This document shows, piece by piece, positions 8,724-17,923 of a stretch of 64,000 nucleotides of DNA. The stretch comes from a virus. Its lineage: Duplodnaviria > Caudoviricetes. The notes below the pieces were generated by a model. It did no database searches. It saw only the letters and a program-made list of their open reading frames with translations, and was not told the origin of the DNA. The stretch is taken from positions 53,387 through 117,386 of the IMG/VR virus record IMGVR_UViG_2894787282_000001, one strand, 5' to 3'. The translations under genes and the position numbers were made by a program. How positions within the stretch are numbered: the stretch's first letter is position 1; each line of letters begins with the position of its first letter.

Positions 8724-8829
8724 AGCGGGCTGCGGGTGACTGCAGCCTTTATTTAAACCCACAACTCTAACGAGGTCTTATGAACATCAATACAGATGAC
8801 GAACGAGCACGTCTGATCGGCGGCGCATC

Positions 8830-9018
8830 ATGAGAGCGGGCTGGAAGAACGACCCCGCCACGCGCGCCTACTTCGAGATCAAGCGCGCCGTCCAGCAGCA
8901 CAACGCACGCTGCAACCAGATGCATGAGATTCAGCTCCAGGCACTGGATGTGGTGGCCGCAGAACTTCTCAAGACCGCTGCGGACGCAGCGAACCGCAGC
9001 AAAGAAACGAGGCACTGA
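8830..9018 (+). CDS. Hypothetical protein (preceded by a coupled 17-codon ORF at 8780-8833)
   Basis: ATGA overlap with a GAGG-led mini-ORF. Confidence 0.55.
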   Translation: MRAGWKNDPATRAYFEIKRAVQQHNARCNQMHEIQLQALDVVAAELLKTAADAANRSKETRH

Positions 9019-9020
9019 AG

Positions 9021-9674
9021 ATGACAAAGCTCACTGACTTGTCGGGAAAGGTCATCGGGCGACTGTTCGTTCAACGCCGTGCCAAAGACTTCGTACAGCC
9101 AAACGGTCGAAAGCGCGCTCAATGGCATTGCATCTGTGCCTGCGGAAACGTGATATTGGTTGAAGCCAGCAATCTTGCTTCAGCTCACACACGTTCTTGC
9201 GGGTGCCTGGTTGTGGACACCTGTTCTGACGTTGGATGCAAAAATCGAACGCACAGCAAGACAGACACCCGCGAATGGAACGCGTGGGCCGGAGCCAAGA
9301 GTCGGTGCTCTAATCCAAACGTAAGCGCGTTTAAAAACTACGGTGGGCGTGGAATAACAATGTGCCGTCGATGGCTAAATTCATTCGCAGCGTTTTTTGC
9401 TGACATGGGGCCTTGCCCTCCAAGATTCACTCTCGAACGCAAAGATGTGAACCGAGGCTATACCCCCAAAAATTGCATCTGGGCTTCAGCCAAAACGCAA
9501 GCCCGCAATAGACGCACCACTGTTTATGTGCGGCGTAAAGGCCGAAAAATCACTTTGGCTCAAGCGGCTGAAGACCACGGTTTACGACTTAGCCTTGTGC
9601 GCGACAGATTTTGCCGCCAAGGTTGGAGTCTTGAAAGATCATTAACAACCCCTGTAAGGAAAATCTGTGTTTAA
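9021..9674 (+). CDS. Free-standing HNH endonuclease
   Basis: DLSGKVIGRL..WHCICACG..SCGC N-domain; YGGRGI..TLERKDVNRGYTPKNCIW. Confidence 0.85.
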   Translation: MTKLTDLSGKVIGRLFVQRRAKDFVQPNGRKRAQWHCICACGNVILVEASNLASAHTRSCGCLVVDTCSDVGCKNRTHSKTDTREWNAWAGAKSRCSNPNVSAFKNYGGRGITMCRRWLNSFAAFFADMGPCPPRFTLERKDVNRGYTPKNCIWASAKTQARNRRTTVYVRRKGRKITLAQAAEDHGLRLSLVRDRFCRQGWSLERSLTTPVRKICV

Positions 9675-10533
9675 ACCATTACTTGCTGCAGCTATTGAAG
9701 ACGTCACCAAGCTAGATTTTTCACGAGGCTGGATGGTTTCCGCCAAGCTCGACGGCGTACGCGCCATCGTTAAGGATGGCATCGTACTCTCACGAAGTCT
9801 GAAGAAGATTCCAAATCTGCACGTTCAGACTCTGTTCGGCCAGTGCGAGCACTTCGACGGCGAACTCATCGTCGGTGAACCGACCAGCAAGACCTGTTAC
9901 ACCGACACGGTGTCCGGGGTCATGCGTGTCAGCGGGCAACCCGACGTGCGGTTCTACGTGTTCGACAGCGTTCAGTTTCCGCAACGCACCTACTTCGAGC
10001 GCCGCCCTCGGCTTTCAGACGAACAAAAGCACCTCGTCGAAGTTAAGCAGACCGTCATCAACGACCTCGACGAGCTACTGGCAATGGAACAGCGCCACCT
10101 GACGCTGGGCTACGAAGGCTTGATCCTACGTGACCCAAACGGCAAATACAAGTTTGGACGCAGCACGGCCAATGAAGGTATTTTGCTCAAGCTCAAGCGT
10201 ATGGAAACCGACGAAGCCGTCGTGCTTGCGGTCGTCGAAGAGCAGCACAACGGCAACGAGGCGACAACCAGTGAGCTGGGCCGCACCAAGCGCAGTTCGC
10301 ACCAAGCGAACAAGACGGGCAAGGGTTCGATGGGCGCGCTGCATGTGCGTGATGTCAAGAGCGGCATCGACTTTCACATTGGAACAGGCTTTACCGCTGA
10401 AGACCGCGCAGCCCTTTGGGCCAAACCACCTATCGGGAAGATCGTCAGCTACAACCACTTCCCTATTGGGCGCGTTGACCGACCCCGACACCCCTCGTTC
10501 AAGGGGTTCCGCGACGCGCGAGATATGTCATGA
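9667..10533 (+). CDS. ATP-dependent DNA ligase
   Basis: KLDGVR adenylation motif, FDGEL, EGLILR, LLKLK, OB-fold IGTGF. Confidence 0.93.
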   Translation: MFKPLLAAAIEDVTKLDFSRGWMVSAKLDGVRAIVKDGIVLSRSLKKIPNLHVQTLFGQCEHFDGELIVGEPTSKTCYTDTVSGVMRVSGQPDVRFYVFDSVQFPQRTYFERRPRLSDEQKHLVEVKQTVINDLDELLAMEQRHLTLGYEGLILRDPNGKYKFGRSTANEGILLKLKRMETDEAVVLAVVEEQHNGNEATTSELGRTKRSSHQANKTGKGSMGALHVRDVKSGIDFHIGTGFTAEDRAALWAKPPIGKIVSYNHFPIGRVDRPRHPSFKGFRDARDMS

Positions 10534-10973
10534 AGACGCACGGCCACGGCTCAGTTGCAAAGGGTATCTCTACGACTTACCGCAGCTGGCAAGAGATGCG
10601 TAAACGGTGCAACAACCCGAACGTGATCAGCTACAAAAATTACGGCGGGCGGGGTATACGTATTTGCCCGCGCTGGGATTCATATGAAGCGTTCCTTCAA
10701 GACATGGGCGAGCGCCCACCAGGCACCAGTCTCGACCGCAAAGATGGCGAAGGCGACTACACGCCAGAAAACTGTTGTTGGTCTACACGTTTGGTCCAAA
10801 ACAACAACCGACGCAACTGTCTTTTTGTGACACACCTCGGGCGTAAACAAACCGTTGCACAGTGGTGCACCGAGCTGAAATTGAACTACGCACGGACCTA
10901 CAGCCGATTGTTTCGTTCGTGTATGCCTCCCGCGCAAGCCTTCGCAGCGCCAGCTCTGCGCAAAAGCCTATGA
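10530..10973 (+). CDS. Free-standing HNH endonuclease
   Basis: YGGRGIRICPRW..DMGERP..SLDRKDGEGDYTPENCCW. Confidence 0.85.
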   Translation: MKTHGHGSVAKGISTTYRSWQEMRKRCNNPNVISYKNYGGRGIRICPRWDSYEAFLQDMGERPPGTSLDRKDGEGDYTPENCCWSTRLVQNNNRRNCLFVTHLGRKQTVAQWCTELKLNYARTYSRLFRSCMPPAQAFAAPALRKSL

Positions 10974-11176
10974 CCCGCCCCGAGTACGCAGCCGCTGAGG
11001 TCTGCTGTCTGGGTAAAGACAAGCTCAGCACGATGAACTTGGCGCGTGGCATCGCCAAGCGCATGTCCAAGGTCCGCGAGAAAGCCATTACGGCCTACAA
11101 GTGCCCGCACTGTGATGCCTATCACGTCGGGGAAGATAACCGCAAAGGGAGACTCCATGGAAAACCGAGAACTTGA
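10970..11176 (+). CDS. Small zinc-binding phage protein
   Basis: YKCPHCDAYHVG; ATGA overlap. Confidence 0.65.
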   Translation: MTRPEYAAAEVCCLGKDKLSTMNLARGIAKRMSKVREKAITAYKCPHCDAYHVGEDNRKGRLHGKPRT

Positions 11177-11867
11177 ATCCATCCGCCAGGAACTGGCCGG
11201 TCGCCTGGTGCAGCGCGAAGTGGTGTGCTGCGTCAGCAGCCTGATGACAGGCGTCATGCGGCTTAGCCAACTCGTGAGCTACGAAGAGATGCAGGACGCG
11301 CTGAGCACGGACTCTGACGAACTCTCAGAACTGTTCGTCAGACAGGACTACGAAGAAGCGGTACGTCAGTTCATCATGAACGATGCCGACCGCGTCGAAC
11401 TCGAAGAAGTGGCTGAACAGCATGGCTACTGGAGCGAGGTGCTGGTGGACGCCAAGGTGCCGGAGGTCTTCGAGTCATCGCCCGACGAAGACGGCGACAC
11501 GCTCTGGGGCTACGAAGGGGCGGACCCCACGTACGGCGACGAAGACGATGCCCGCGAAGCCGCCATAGAGTCCGTCTTGCCCGCCATCCGAGCCTGCGTC
11601 TGGGAGCTGATCAACACCGATGACGAGTACCAGTGGGTGTGCCGCGAGTACGACCTCGACTACGACTACGACGAGGTTTACGAGCACTGGGTGGTCAGTG
11701 GCTGGTTGCAGCGTAAGCTGGCCGAGAAAGGCGAGATCACGGGCGACCTGTGCGGCCTGACGATCTGGGGCCGCTGCTGCACCGGACAGAGCATGGTGCT
11801 CGACCACGTCATTCAAGAAATCACCCGTGAGCTGTGGCCCGAGGAATGGCCTGGGGAGAAGGCGTGA
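11157..11867 (+). CDS. Very acidic hypothetical protein
   Basis: GGGAG SD; about 57 of 236 residues D/E by hand count. Confidence 0.8.
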   Translation: MENRELESIRQELAGRLVQREVVCCVSSLMTGVMRLSQLVSYEEMQDALSTDSDELSELFVRQDYEEAVRQFIMNDADRVELEEVAEQHGYWSEVLVDAKVPEVFESSPDEDGDTLWGYEGADPTYGDEDDAREAAIESVLPAIRACVWELINTDDEYQWVCREYDLDYDYDEVYEHWVVSGWLQRKLAEKGEITGDLCGLTIWGRCCTGQSMVLDHVIQEITRELWPEEWPGEKA

Positions 11868-12628
11868 TGGAAGCGCGCATCCCTTTTTCCGGGTTCTACG
11901 AAACCAAGTGGTCCGAAGGCATCGACGAAGAAGAAAACCGTTACGCCGAAGAGCTGGCTGCCGAGTACGACGTTCCTATGAGCGAAGTTGCTGCGCTGCT
12001 TTTCCGTCACACGAAGTACCACGACGCTTACCGCCAAGTGGCCCGCGACTACGTGCCTTCTTTCTCAGCCCTCATCGACGTGCCCATGACCTACAAGGAC
12101 ATGACGAGCCCGCGCGAGTACAACTTCGAGACCGACCGTGTCTTCGTCGAGGTGGCCTACAAGGACATGCTGCGCTTGGCCCGGCGCGTCGGGCGCAAGG
12201 CGCTGCGCAAAGCTGCCAAGGACATGTTCACGTCGCGCAGCGGCTTCATCAGTTTCTATGACGCCGATATAGCACGCTGGGGACCGCTGCGGGGCTGGGA
12301 CCACAACCAGCTGTACTGCCTACTGACTGCTGCGGTCGACGCCCTGGACGAAGAAGACTGGGACTGGAGCATCTACGAAGACTTCCTCTCCAACGGCGAC
12401 TTCTCGAACGCCTTCCACGGCGCACTCGACAGTGAAGCCTTGATGCTGAACATCGGCAAGCTCGTTGGACGGCGCGAGCTGCGCGAAGAACTCGAAGAGT
12501 CCGACGACGACGGTGGTAAGCGGTTCCCAGTGGCTTGGTCCAACACCGCCGACTATGTCAACCGCTACAACGCAATGAACCCGGATGTGCCGCCAACCTC
12601 AGTCGTTTTTGTCAGGATCACACCATGA
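11867..12628 (+). CDS. Acidic hypothetical protein
   Basis: TGATG coupling; IPFSGFYE...SPREYNFETDR. Confidence 0.8.
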   Translation: MEARIPFSGFYETKWSEGIDEEENRYAEELAAEYDVPMSEVAALLFRHTKYHDAYRQVARDYVPSFSALIDVPMTYKDMTSPREYNFETDRVFVEVAYKDMLRLARRVGRKALRKAAKDMFTSRSGFISFYDADIARWGPLRGWDHNQLYCLLTAAVDALDEEDWDWSIYEDFLSNGDFSNAFHGALDSEALMLNIGKLVGRRELREELEESDDDGGKRFPVAWSNTADYVNRYNAMNPDVPPTSVVFVRITP

Positions 12629-12840
12629 CCCACGAACCCTACTTCGCAGCCCGCAGCGGTCAGCGCTACACCTTCCGCTCGATAGCTGAGGCCATCCACG
12701 AAGACCACCCGCACCTCGACGGCAAGCACATCTTTGTGCAGCTCGACGCGGTGGACCTGCGTGCTGAGTTCGACGCAGGCGACACGCCGTACGGCCTGCC
12801 CTATTCGTTCACGGATTACCTGGAGACAGCTCATGCGTAA
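12625..12840 (+). CDS. Hypothetical protein
   Basis: ATGA overlap. Confidence 0.65.
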   Translation: MTHEPYFAARSGQRYTFRSIAEAIHEDHPHLDGKHIFVQLDAVDLRAEFDAGDTPYGLPYSFTDYLETAHA

Positions 12841-13771
12841 ACGCACCACCTATCTTGAAGACGTCGAAGGCGTTGACTGCGAACTGACGTTTGAACCTGT
12901 CGAATGGATCGACATGCACAAGGCCAAGGTCGACGACAAGTACGTCGTCGCCTACTGCGTACAGGACAACGACTACCGCGACATCGACGACCTCCTGGGC
13001 GACTGCATGGGCAAGATGTACAGCTTCCACCGGCACGCTGGGCACGACGACCACTCTAACGGCCTCGAAGCGCTGGGCAACACCTCTGACGGTGAAGCGG
13101 ACCTCGACGCGGTGTGGGACAGGGCCTGGCATGAAGCCACAGATCGGCTCGTCAAGCGCGTCATGCTGCGCTACGAACTGGCCGACATCGCAGCAACGTA
13201 CGACGGCACATCGTATGAAGAGCCGTACCAGGATCAGGAAAAGTACGTCGAGTCGTGCCTGCGTCAAGACTGCAATGACAGCGGCTGGGCCAACATCATG
13301 TACGACGAAGACCTCCGGGCTGTCCTCGAAGAAATGTGGTCCGAGCCCGCCTACTTCCCAGGTGACAAAGACGCGCAGCTGCTGGATGTTTACTCTCACA
13401 GCGGCGAGCACTGGAGCCTGAGCGGCGGCGGCATGCGCTGCAGGTGGGACACAGCCAGCGGCGCGGGCGTCTGGGTGCCTGACGAGTATCTGCGCCAGCA
13501 GCTCGACGATGACGAAGCCAAGGGCAAAGACCGCGCAGACCAGGCTCGCACCTACTGCGAGCAATTCCTCGACACGTACAACGACATCATCAGTGGCAAC
13601 GTGTTCGGCTGCGTCGTCGAGTGGTTCGACGAAGACGGCACGAGCATCGACCACGACAGCTGCTGGGGCTTCATCGGTGACGACCACGCCCAGGAAGCGC
13701 TCAAGAGCGAGTTCTTCGACCCGGTGTGCAAGCGTCTGGCCGACGAAGTGCCTGCGGAGGCAGGGGTATGA
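12833..13771 (+). CDS. Very acidic hypothetical protein
   Basis: GGAG SD; YSHSG...RWD...DSCWGF motifs. Confidence 0.8.
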   Translation: MRKRTTYLEDVEGVDCELTFEPVEWIDMHKAKVDDKYVVAYCVQDNDYRDIDDLLGDCMGKMYSFHRHAGHDDHSNGLEALGNTSDGEADLDAVWDRAWHEATDRLVKRVMLRYELADIAATYDGTSYEEPYQDQEKYVESCLRQDCNDSGWANIMYDEDLRAVLEEMWSEPAYFPGDKDAQLLDVYSHSGEHWSLSGGGMRCRWDTASGAGVWVPDEYLRQQLDDDEAKGKDRADQARTYCEQFLDTYNDIISGNVFGCVVEWFDEDGTSIDHDSCWGFIGDDHAQEALKSEFFDPVCKRLADEVPAEAGV

Positions 13772-13968
13772 AATTCAAATTCACCACCACACCGCTCAAA
13801 GACTTGCCGCTGGGCAGCGTCGTCGACGGCTACAAGCTCACCGCGCGCTCGGCCACTGGCAACGGCTGCTTCGCACATCGTGTCGACGCCGACGGCTTCC
13901 CGACCACGCCGCGCGAGAAAGTCCTGCTGCTTTACACGAACGAACAACCTGTCGAGGAACAGACATGA
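13768..13968 (+). CDS. Hypothetical protein
   Basis: ATGA overlaps. Confidence 0.6.
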   Translation: MKFKFTTTPLKDLPLGSVVDGYKLTARSATGNGCFAHRVDADGFPTTPREKVLLLYTNEQPVEEQT

Positions 13969-14372
13969 AAACACCACTCTTTGAACTCGGCCAGATCGTG
14001 GCCACCCGAGGCGCGCCTGTGGACGCCGACCTCGACAAGCTGGTCAAAGAGCTGGCTGACGTGGGCTACTACGCCATCCGCCTCGACCACAAGGAGTGGG
14101 AACGCTGGGCCTGGCCCGGTGGCTACCCGCTCTACTACCTCTGCGCTGACGGCGGCGTGCTGTGCAGCAAGTGCGCGAACAAAGAGATTGAGTTGACCAG
14201 CACTCCAGACGCTGAGGCGGACTGGCACATCGTCGCGGCTGACATCAACTACGAAGACCCGCATCTGGAGTGCAGCGCCTGTGGCGAATTCTGCGAGTCT
14301 GCGTACGGTGAACCGATTGACAAGGACATGGGGTCCTCGCACAGCAGCGTCTGCCCAGGAGCCACATCATGA
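13965..14372 (+). CDS. Zinc-finger hypothetical protein
   Basis: WPGGYPLYY..LCSKC..CSACG; GAGG SD. Confidence 0.7.
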   Translation: MKTPLFELGQIVATRGAPVDADLDKLVKELADVGYYAIRLDHKEWERWAWPGGYPLYYLCADGGVLCSKCANKEIELTSTPDAEADWHIVAADINYEDPHLECSACGEFCESAYGEPIDKDMGSSHSSVCPGATS

Positions 14373-14584
14373 CCGCCACAGCCACAGCCACTCTGCAAGA
14401 CGTGCACGGCAAGAAGGGCCGTGGCAGCCGGATCGAGGTCAAGTTGTCTGCCACCCAGATCGACTTCCCGTACACCGACGAGGCGCAGCGCCTGGCCCAG
14501 TTGGGCAACGCCCGCGCCTACCTCAAGCACGCGCAGCAGGCCGGTGCCAAACTGAAGATCAAGGAACTGGAGGACAAGGTATGA
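14369..14584 (+). CDS. Hypothetical protein
   Basis: AGGAG SD, ATGA overlaps. Confidence 0.7.
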   Translation: MTATATATLQDVHGKKGRGSRIEVKLSATQIDFPYTDEAQRLAQLGNARAYLKHAQQAGAKLKIKELEDKV

Positions 14585-15210
14585 GCACATTAAGTGGTTC
14601 AATTATCGGGAGGTGGCGTGTTTTTGAGCGTGTCGCAGAACCACGCAAAGAAACAAAATACAGATGCATATGCGTGTGCGGCACTGAGCGCTTGATTCGC
14701 GCGTCCAGACTTTCTTCGTTTGACTCGCTGTCATGTGGGTGCATGGCAAAAGACCTTCTCTCTGAAGCCACTAAAACGCATGGAATGTCTAAATCCGCCG
14801 AGTTCCGCGCTTGGGCAAACATGTGGGACCGTTGTACGCGGCCCACGCACAAACAATACCCGCAATACAAAGCGCGAACGCCGCCATTGCGCTGGCGCTC
14901 ATTTGAAATGTTTCTTTCGGATGTAGGGCTCCGCCCAAGCAAATTGCATTCTTTGGACAGGATAGACAACAGCAAGCCTTATGGACCCGATAACACACGT
15001 TGGGCGACATCCACACAGCAGCAAAACAACACGAGCCGCACAGTTCGCTTAACCCACGCTGGGCGCACGCAAGGCATCGCGCAATGGGCGAGAGAACTAG
15101 GTGTATCAAAAAGCACTTTGTGTACGCGCCTTTATCGCGGCTGGACCGTAAACGAAATACTCGCGCGGCCCATCCGTGCTAAGCATAAGGAGCAGCAACT
15201 ATGTCCATGA
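14581..15210 (+). CDS. Free-standing HNH endonuclease
   Basis: YRCICVCG..SCGC..THGMS..SLDRIDNSKPYGPDNTRW; low GC; paralog of 9021. Confidence 0.85.
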   Translation: MSTLSGSIIGRWRVFERVAEPRKETKYRCICVCGTERLIRASRLSSFDSLSCGCMAKDLLSEATKTHGMSKSAEFRAWANMWDRCTRPTHKQYPQYKARTPPLRWRSFEMFLSDVGLRPSKLHSLDRIDNSKPYGPDNTRWATSTQQQNNTSRTVRLTHAGRTQGIAQWARELGVSKSTLCTRLYRGWTVNEILARPIRAKHKEQQLCP

Positions 15211-15389
15211 TTTTGATCGAAGTCCGTGGCGGCATCGTCAACACCGTCTGGTGCTCTGAGCCCGACGGTGTGGAGGTCTTTATCCGTGATCTCGACGACA
15301 TCTACGACGCCGACGATCAGGTCTTCGACCCGCTGGTCGCCATACCCGGCCTGAAGGAACTGCGTGTTCCGCACTTTGTAATTTACTAG
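15201..15389 (+). CDS. Acidic hypothetical protein
   Basis: TAAGGAG SD. Confidence 0.7.
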   Translation: MSMILIEVRGGIVNTVWCSEPDGVEVFIRDLDDIYDADDQVFDPLVAIPGLKELRVPHFVIY

Positions 15390-15397
15390 GAGGATTT

Positions 15398-15730
15398 ATG
15401 AACCCCATCGAAGCACTACGGGCCTCGGGCCTGAACCCCATCGTCATCGACGAAGACACCGACCTGGACAGCGCCTTGGGCGAGCTGCTGGGTGAAACCG
15501 CCACGCCGCCGCGACCCGAGACGAACGAAGAATTCATCGCCCGCGTCATGAACTTTGGTTGCCCAACGGGCGCACTGATTCAGTCCTTCATCATCGAAGC
15601 TCTGATGCAGTACAGCCAGAAGGTGTCCGAGAGCGACGCTGTCTGGGACAACGGCCTGCTCAACTCCGCGACGTGCAAGCGCACGGCAGTGTGGCTGCTG
15701 GCCGAAATCAACGCTAAGTACAAAGGCTGA
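15398..15730 (+). CDS. Hypothetical protein
   Basis: AGGAGG SD. Confidence 0.75.
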   Translation: MNPIEALRASGLNPIVIDEDTDLDSALGELLGETATPPRPETNEEFIARVMNFGCPTGALIQSFIIEALMQYSQKVSESDAVWDNGLLNSATCKRTAVWLLAEINAKYKG

Positions 15731-15732
15731 GC

Positions 15733-15891
15733 ATGTTCTGGAAAGTTTTAGCTGGCATGGCCAAGGGTTCGTTCTATCTCAGTCGCACAGCCACAGCCCT
15801 TGGTGCGGCGGTCGTCATCACGGTGGGCGTGTACGACTTTCTCAAAGCTCGGAAACGCCACGACGAGCAACCGGTACGGAGGATCAGATGA
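15733..15891 (+). CDS. Small putative membrane protein (52 aa, not in ORF track)
   Basis: MFWKVLAGMAKG...ALGAAVVITVGVYDFL; fills the operon gap. Confidence 0.55.
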   Translation: MFWKVLAGMAKGSFYLSRTATALGAAVVITVGVYDFLKARKRHDEQPVRRIR

Positions 15892-16058
15892 AAGCGTTTT
15901 ACGTCGAAGTCACGAAGATTATCGTGATCACTATCGAGGCTGAGGACTATGACTCCGCCATTAAAGAGATCGAAAAACAGGAAACTGACGGTGAGCATGG
16001 GTATAGCTGGGTTCGGGCTGAGCCCCAGTTCAAACTGCTCGACGAATTCAATCTATAG
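15888..16058 (+). CDS. Small acidic protein (56 aa, not in ORF track)
   Basis: GGAGG SD, ATGA overlap; MKAFYVEVTKIIVITIEAEDYDSA. Confidence 0.6.
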   Translation: MKAFYVEVTKIIVITIEAEDYDSAIKEIEKQETDGEHGYSWVRAEPQFKLLDEFNL

Positions 16059-16060
16059 CT

Positions 16061-16366
16061 ATGACCCTCGTCCTCAGCCCCGAGGAACTGGTCAGCCTGA
16101 CCGGATACAAGCAGCCTGCCCGGCAGGCCAAGTGGCTCAAGACCAACGGCTTCAAGTTCATCATGAACCGCTTCAAACAGCCCAAGGTCGACCGAGCCCA
16201 CTACCACGCCAAGATGGGGCTTGGCAAGATCAAAGAGCCCGAACCGAACTGGACCGCGAAACAAGGAGCAATCAATGAGCAACAACCTGCCCGTGCCAGG
16301 CGTGCCGGGCCTGTACCAGCGTCCCGGCAAGCGCCGGGTCTTGTACTTCTGCAAGCCTCAAAATAA
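16061..16366 (+). CDS. Excisionase-like protein (DUF4224-like)
   Basis: LSPEELVSLTGYKQPARQAKWL...EPNW directly upstream of integrase. Confidence 0.8.
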   Translation: MTLVLSPEELVSLTGYKQPARQAKWLKTNGFKFIMNRFKQPKVDRAHYHAKMGLGKIKEPEPNWTAKQGAINEQQPARARRAGPVPASRQAPGLVLLQASK

Positions 16367-17321
16367 ATACACGCCGCTGGGCTACGACCTCGAAGTGGCC
16401 AAGGCCGAGCTGGCCAAGCTCATGGAAACGCCGCCCGCGCCAGGCCAGCACACCGTGGCGTACATGTGCCACGAGTTCATCAAGGAGCAGCGCGCGTACA
16501 TCGCCGCGCATGACCCAGAGGCACGCGCGGTCAGCACCATCGACGACTACGAGGCCAGCCTGACGCGCTTCATCATCCCGGTCTTCGGCCACATGCACCC
16601 GGACAGCGTGACCAAGAACCACATCGCCAAGTACCTCAAGGATGGCCGTGCCACACGGCGTGTTCGGGCCAACCGCGACCGCGCTGCACTCTCCGGCGCC
16701 TACAAGTTCGGCCTCGGTGAAGGGCTGGCGCAAGCCAACCCCTGTATCGGCGTGCCGCGCAACATGGAGCGTGCCCGTACGCGCAAGGTCTCCATCGCAG
16801 AGTTCAACGACTTTCTGGAGCACGCCCGCAGCAAGGGCGGCTCGGCCTACCTCGTGGCCCTGATCGGCTGCACCGTGGCTCTCACCGGCAGGCGCCGGGC
16901 CGAGATACTGCACCTGACCAAGAGCGCTCTGCAGCCCGAGGGCTTCAAGGTCAAGGACTCCAAGACCAAGTTCAACGAGCCTGAGCGCCACTACCTCATC
17001 GCCTGGAGCGACCTGCTGCACCAGGTGATAGCTGAGGTGGCAGCGATCAAACGCCGGGTGTCGAGCATCTACCTGTTCGCCACGCTCGACGGCACGCCGT
17101 ACGTCGACGCAGGCTTCAAGTGCCTGTGGAACCGGCTGATGCACAGCTACGCACCGGGCGGCACCAAGGACGCCAAGTGGTTCACGGCGCACGACCTGCG
17201 CGCACTTTATGTCTCAGAAATGAAACACCAGGAGCGTGATCCCAACACCCACCGCCAGGAAAAGACCATGAACCGGGTCTATGACCGGCGCGAATTGATC
17301 AAGGTAACGCCGCTGGCGTGA
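16275..17321 (+). CDS. int: Tyrosine integrase
   Basis: TGRRRAEIL (R), KT, HDLR, H and Y (RVYDR); AAGGAG SD before ATG 16275. Confidence 0.9.
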   Translation: MSNNLPVPGVPGLYQRPGKRRVLYFCKPQNKYTPLGYDLEVAKAELAKLMETPPAPGQHTVAYMCHEFIKEQRAYIAAHDPEARAVSTIDDYEASLTRFIIPVFGHMHPDSVTKNHIAKYLKDGRATRRVRANRDRAALSGAYKFGLGEGLAQANPCIGVPRNMERARTRKVSIAEFNDFLEHARSKGGSAYLVALIGCTVALTGRRRAEILHLTKSALQPEGFKVKDSKTKFNEPERHYLIAWSDLLHQVIAEVAAIKRRVSSIYLFATLDGTPYVDAGFKCLWNRLMHSYAPGGTKDAKWFTAHDLRALYVSEMKHQERDPNTHRQEKTMNRVYDRRELIKVTPLA

Positions 17322-17331
17322 AGGAAGAACT

Positions 17332-17508
17332 ATGGTTTACATACAACGTCGCGGCAACGGATACCTCGAAACAGTAGACGAGTTTGAAACAATGGACGAG
17401 GCAAAAAAGATGTTGGGCGAGTATCGGCTGAGCGATCCGTCCGCTGAATACTACACATCGTCTCGCCCGTGCAAGGGTTGGAATAGCGACGCCAACCCGG
17501 CACAGTGA
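17332..17508 (+). CDS. Small hypothetical protein (58 aa, not in ORF track)
   Basis: AAGGA SD; MVYIQRRGNGYLETVDEFET. Confidence 0.6.
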   Translation: MVYIQRRGNGYLETVDEFETMDEAKKMLGEYRLSDPSAEYYTSSRPCKGWNSDANPAQ

Positions 17509-17524
17509 AACGCAGGAGGACCAA

Positions 17525-17743
17525 ATGTCAACAAGTGCTGAACACGTCAAACAATTCTTTGACCTTCTGAACTCAGGCAAGAAAGCCGCGCTCGACGTAC
17601 GCCTTGACACAGGCGAAGTGTTTTGTCAGGCGACGCACAACACGGCGACCGGGGCAGTCGGTAACGGTACACCCGGCCAGACGTTCACAGAACGCTGGAC
17701 CCGCGTCGCAAGTTGTGCCGATGGGAAGCTAACGCAGTCATGA
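17525..17743 (+). CDS. Hypothetical protein
   Basis: AGGAGG SD. Confidence 0.7.
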   Translation: MSTSAEHVKQFFDLLNSGKKAALDVRLDTGEVFCQATHNTATGAVGNGTPGQTFTERWTRVASCADGKLTQS

Positions 17744-17892
17744 CGCCTGCTGAGTCAGCCACCGCGAACTCAGGGCTCTGCCCGAAGTGCCTGATACCTT
17801 TCGACGTCAAACACAGAGCGCCGGTTGAAGGCGGCGGAGAACTCTGGGCCGCGTACTGTCGAAAGTGTGGCTCGACGTACATCCTCGGCTAA
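17740..17892 (+). CDS. Small zinc-ribbon protein (50 aa, not in ORF track)
   Basis: CPKC...CRKC; ATGA overlap. Confidence 0.6.
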   Translation: MTPAESATANSGLCPKCLIPFDVKHRAPVEGGGELWAAYCRKCGSTYILG

Positions 17893-17923
17893 AAATAAAC
17901 CCGCTCTAGGCGGGTTTATTTTT
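17891..17923. terminator. Bidirectional intrinsic terminator
   Basis: AAAAATAAACCCGC-TCTAG-GCGGGTTTATTTTT. Confidence 0.85.
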
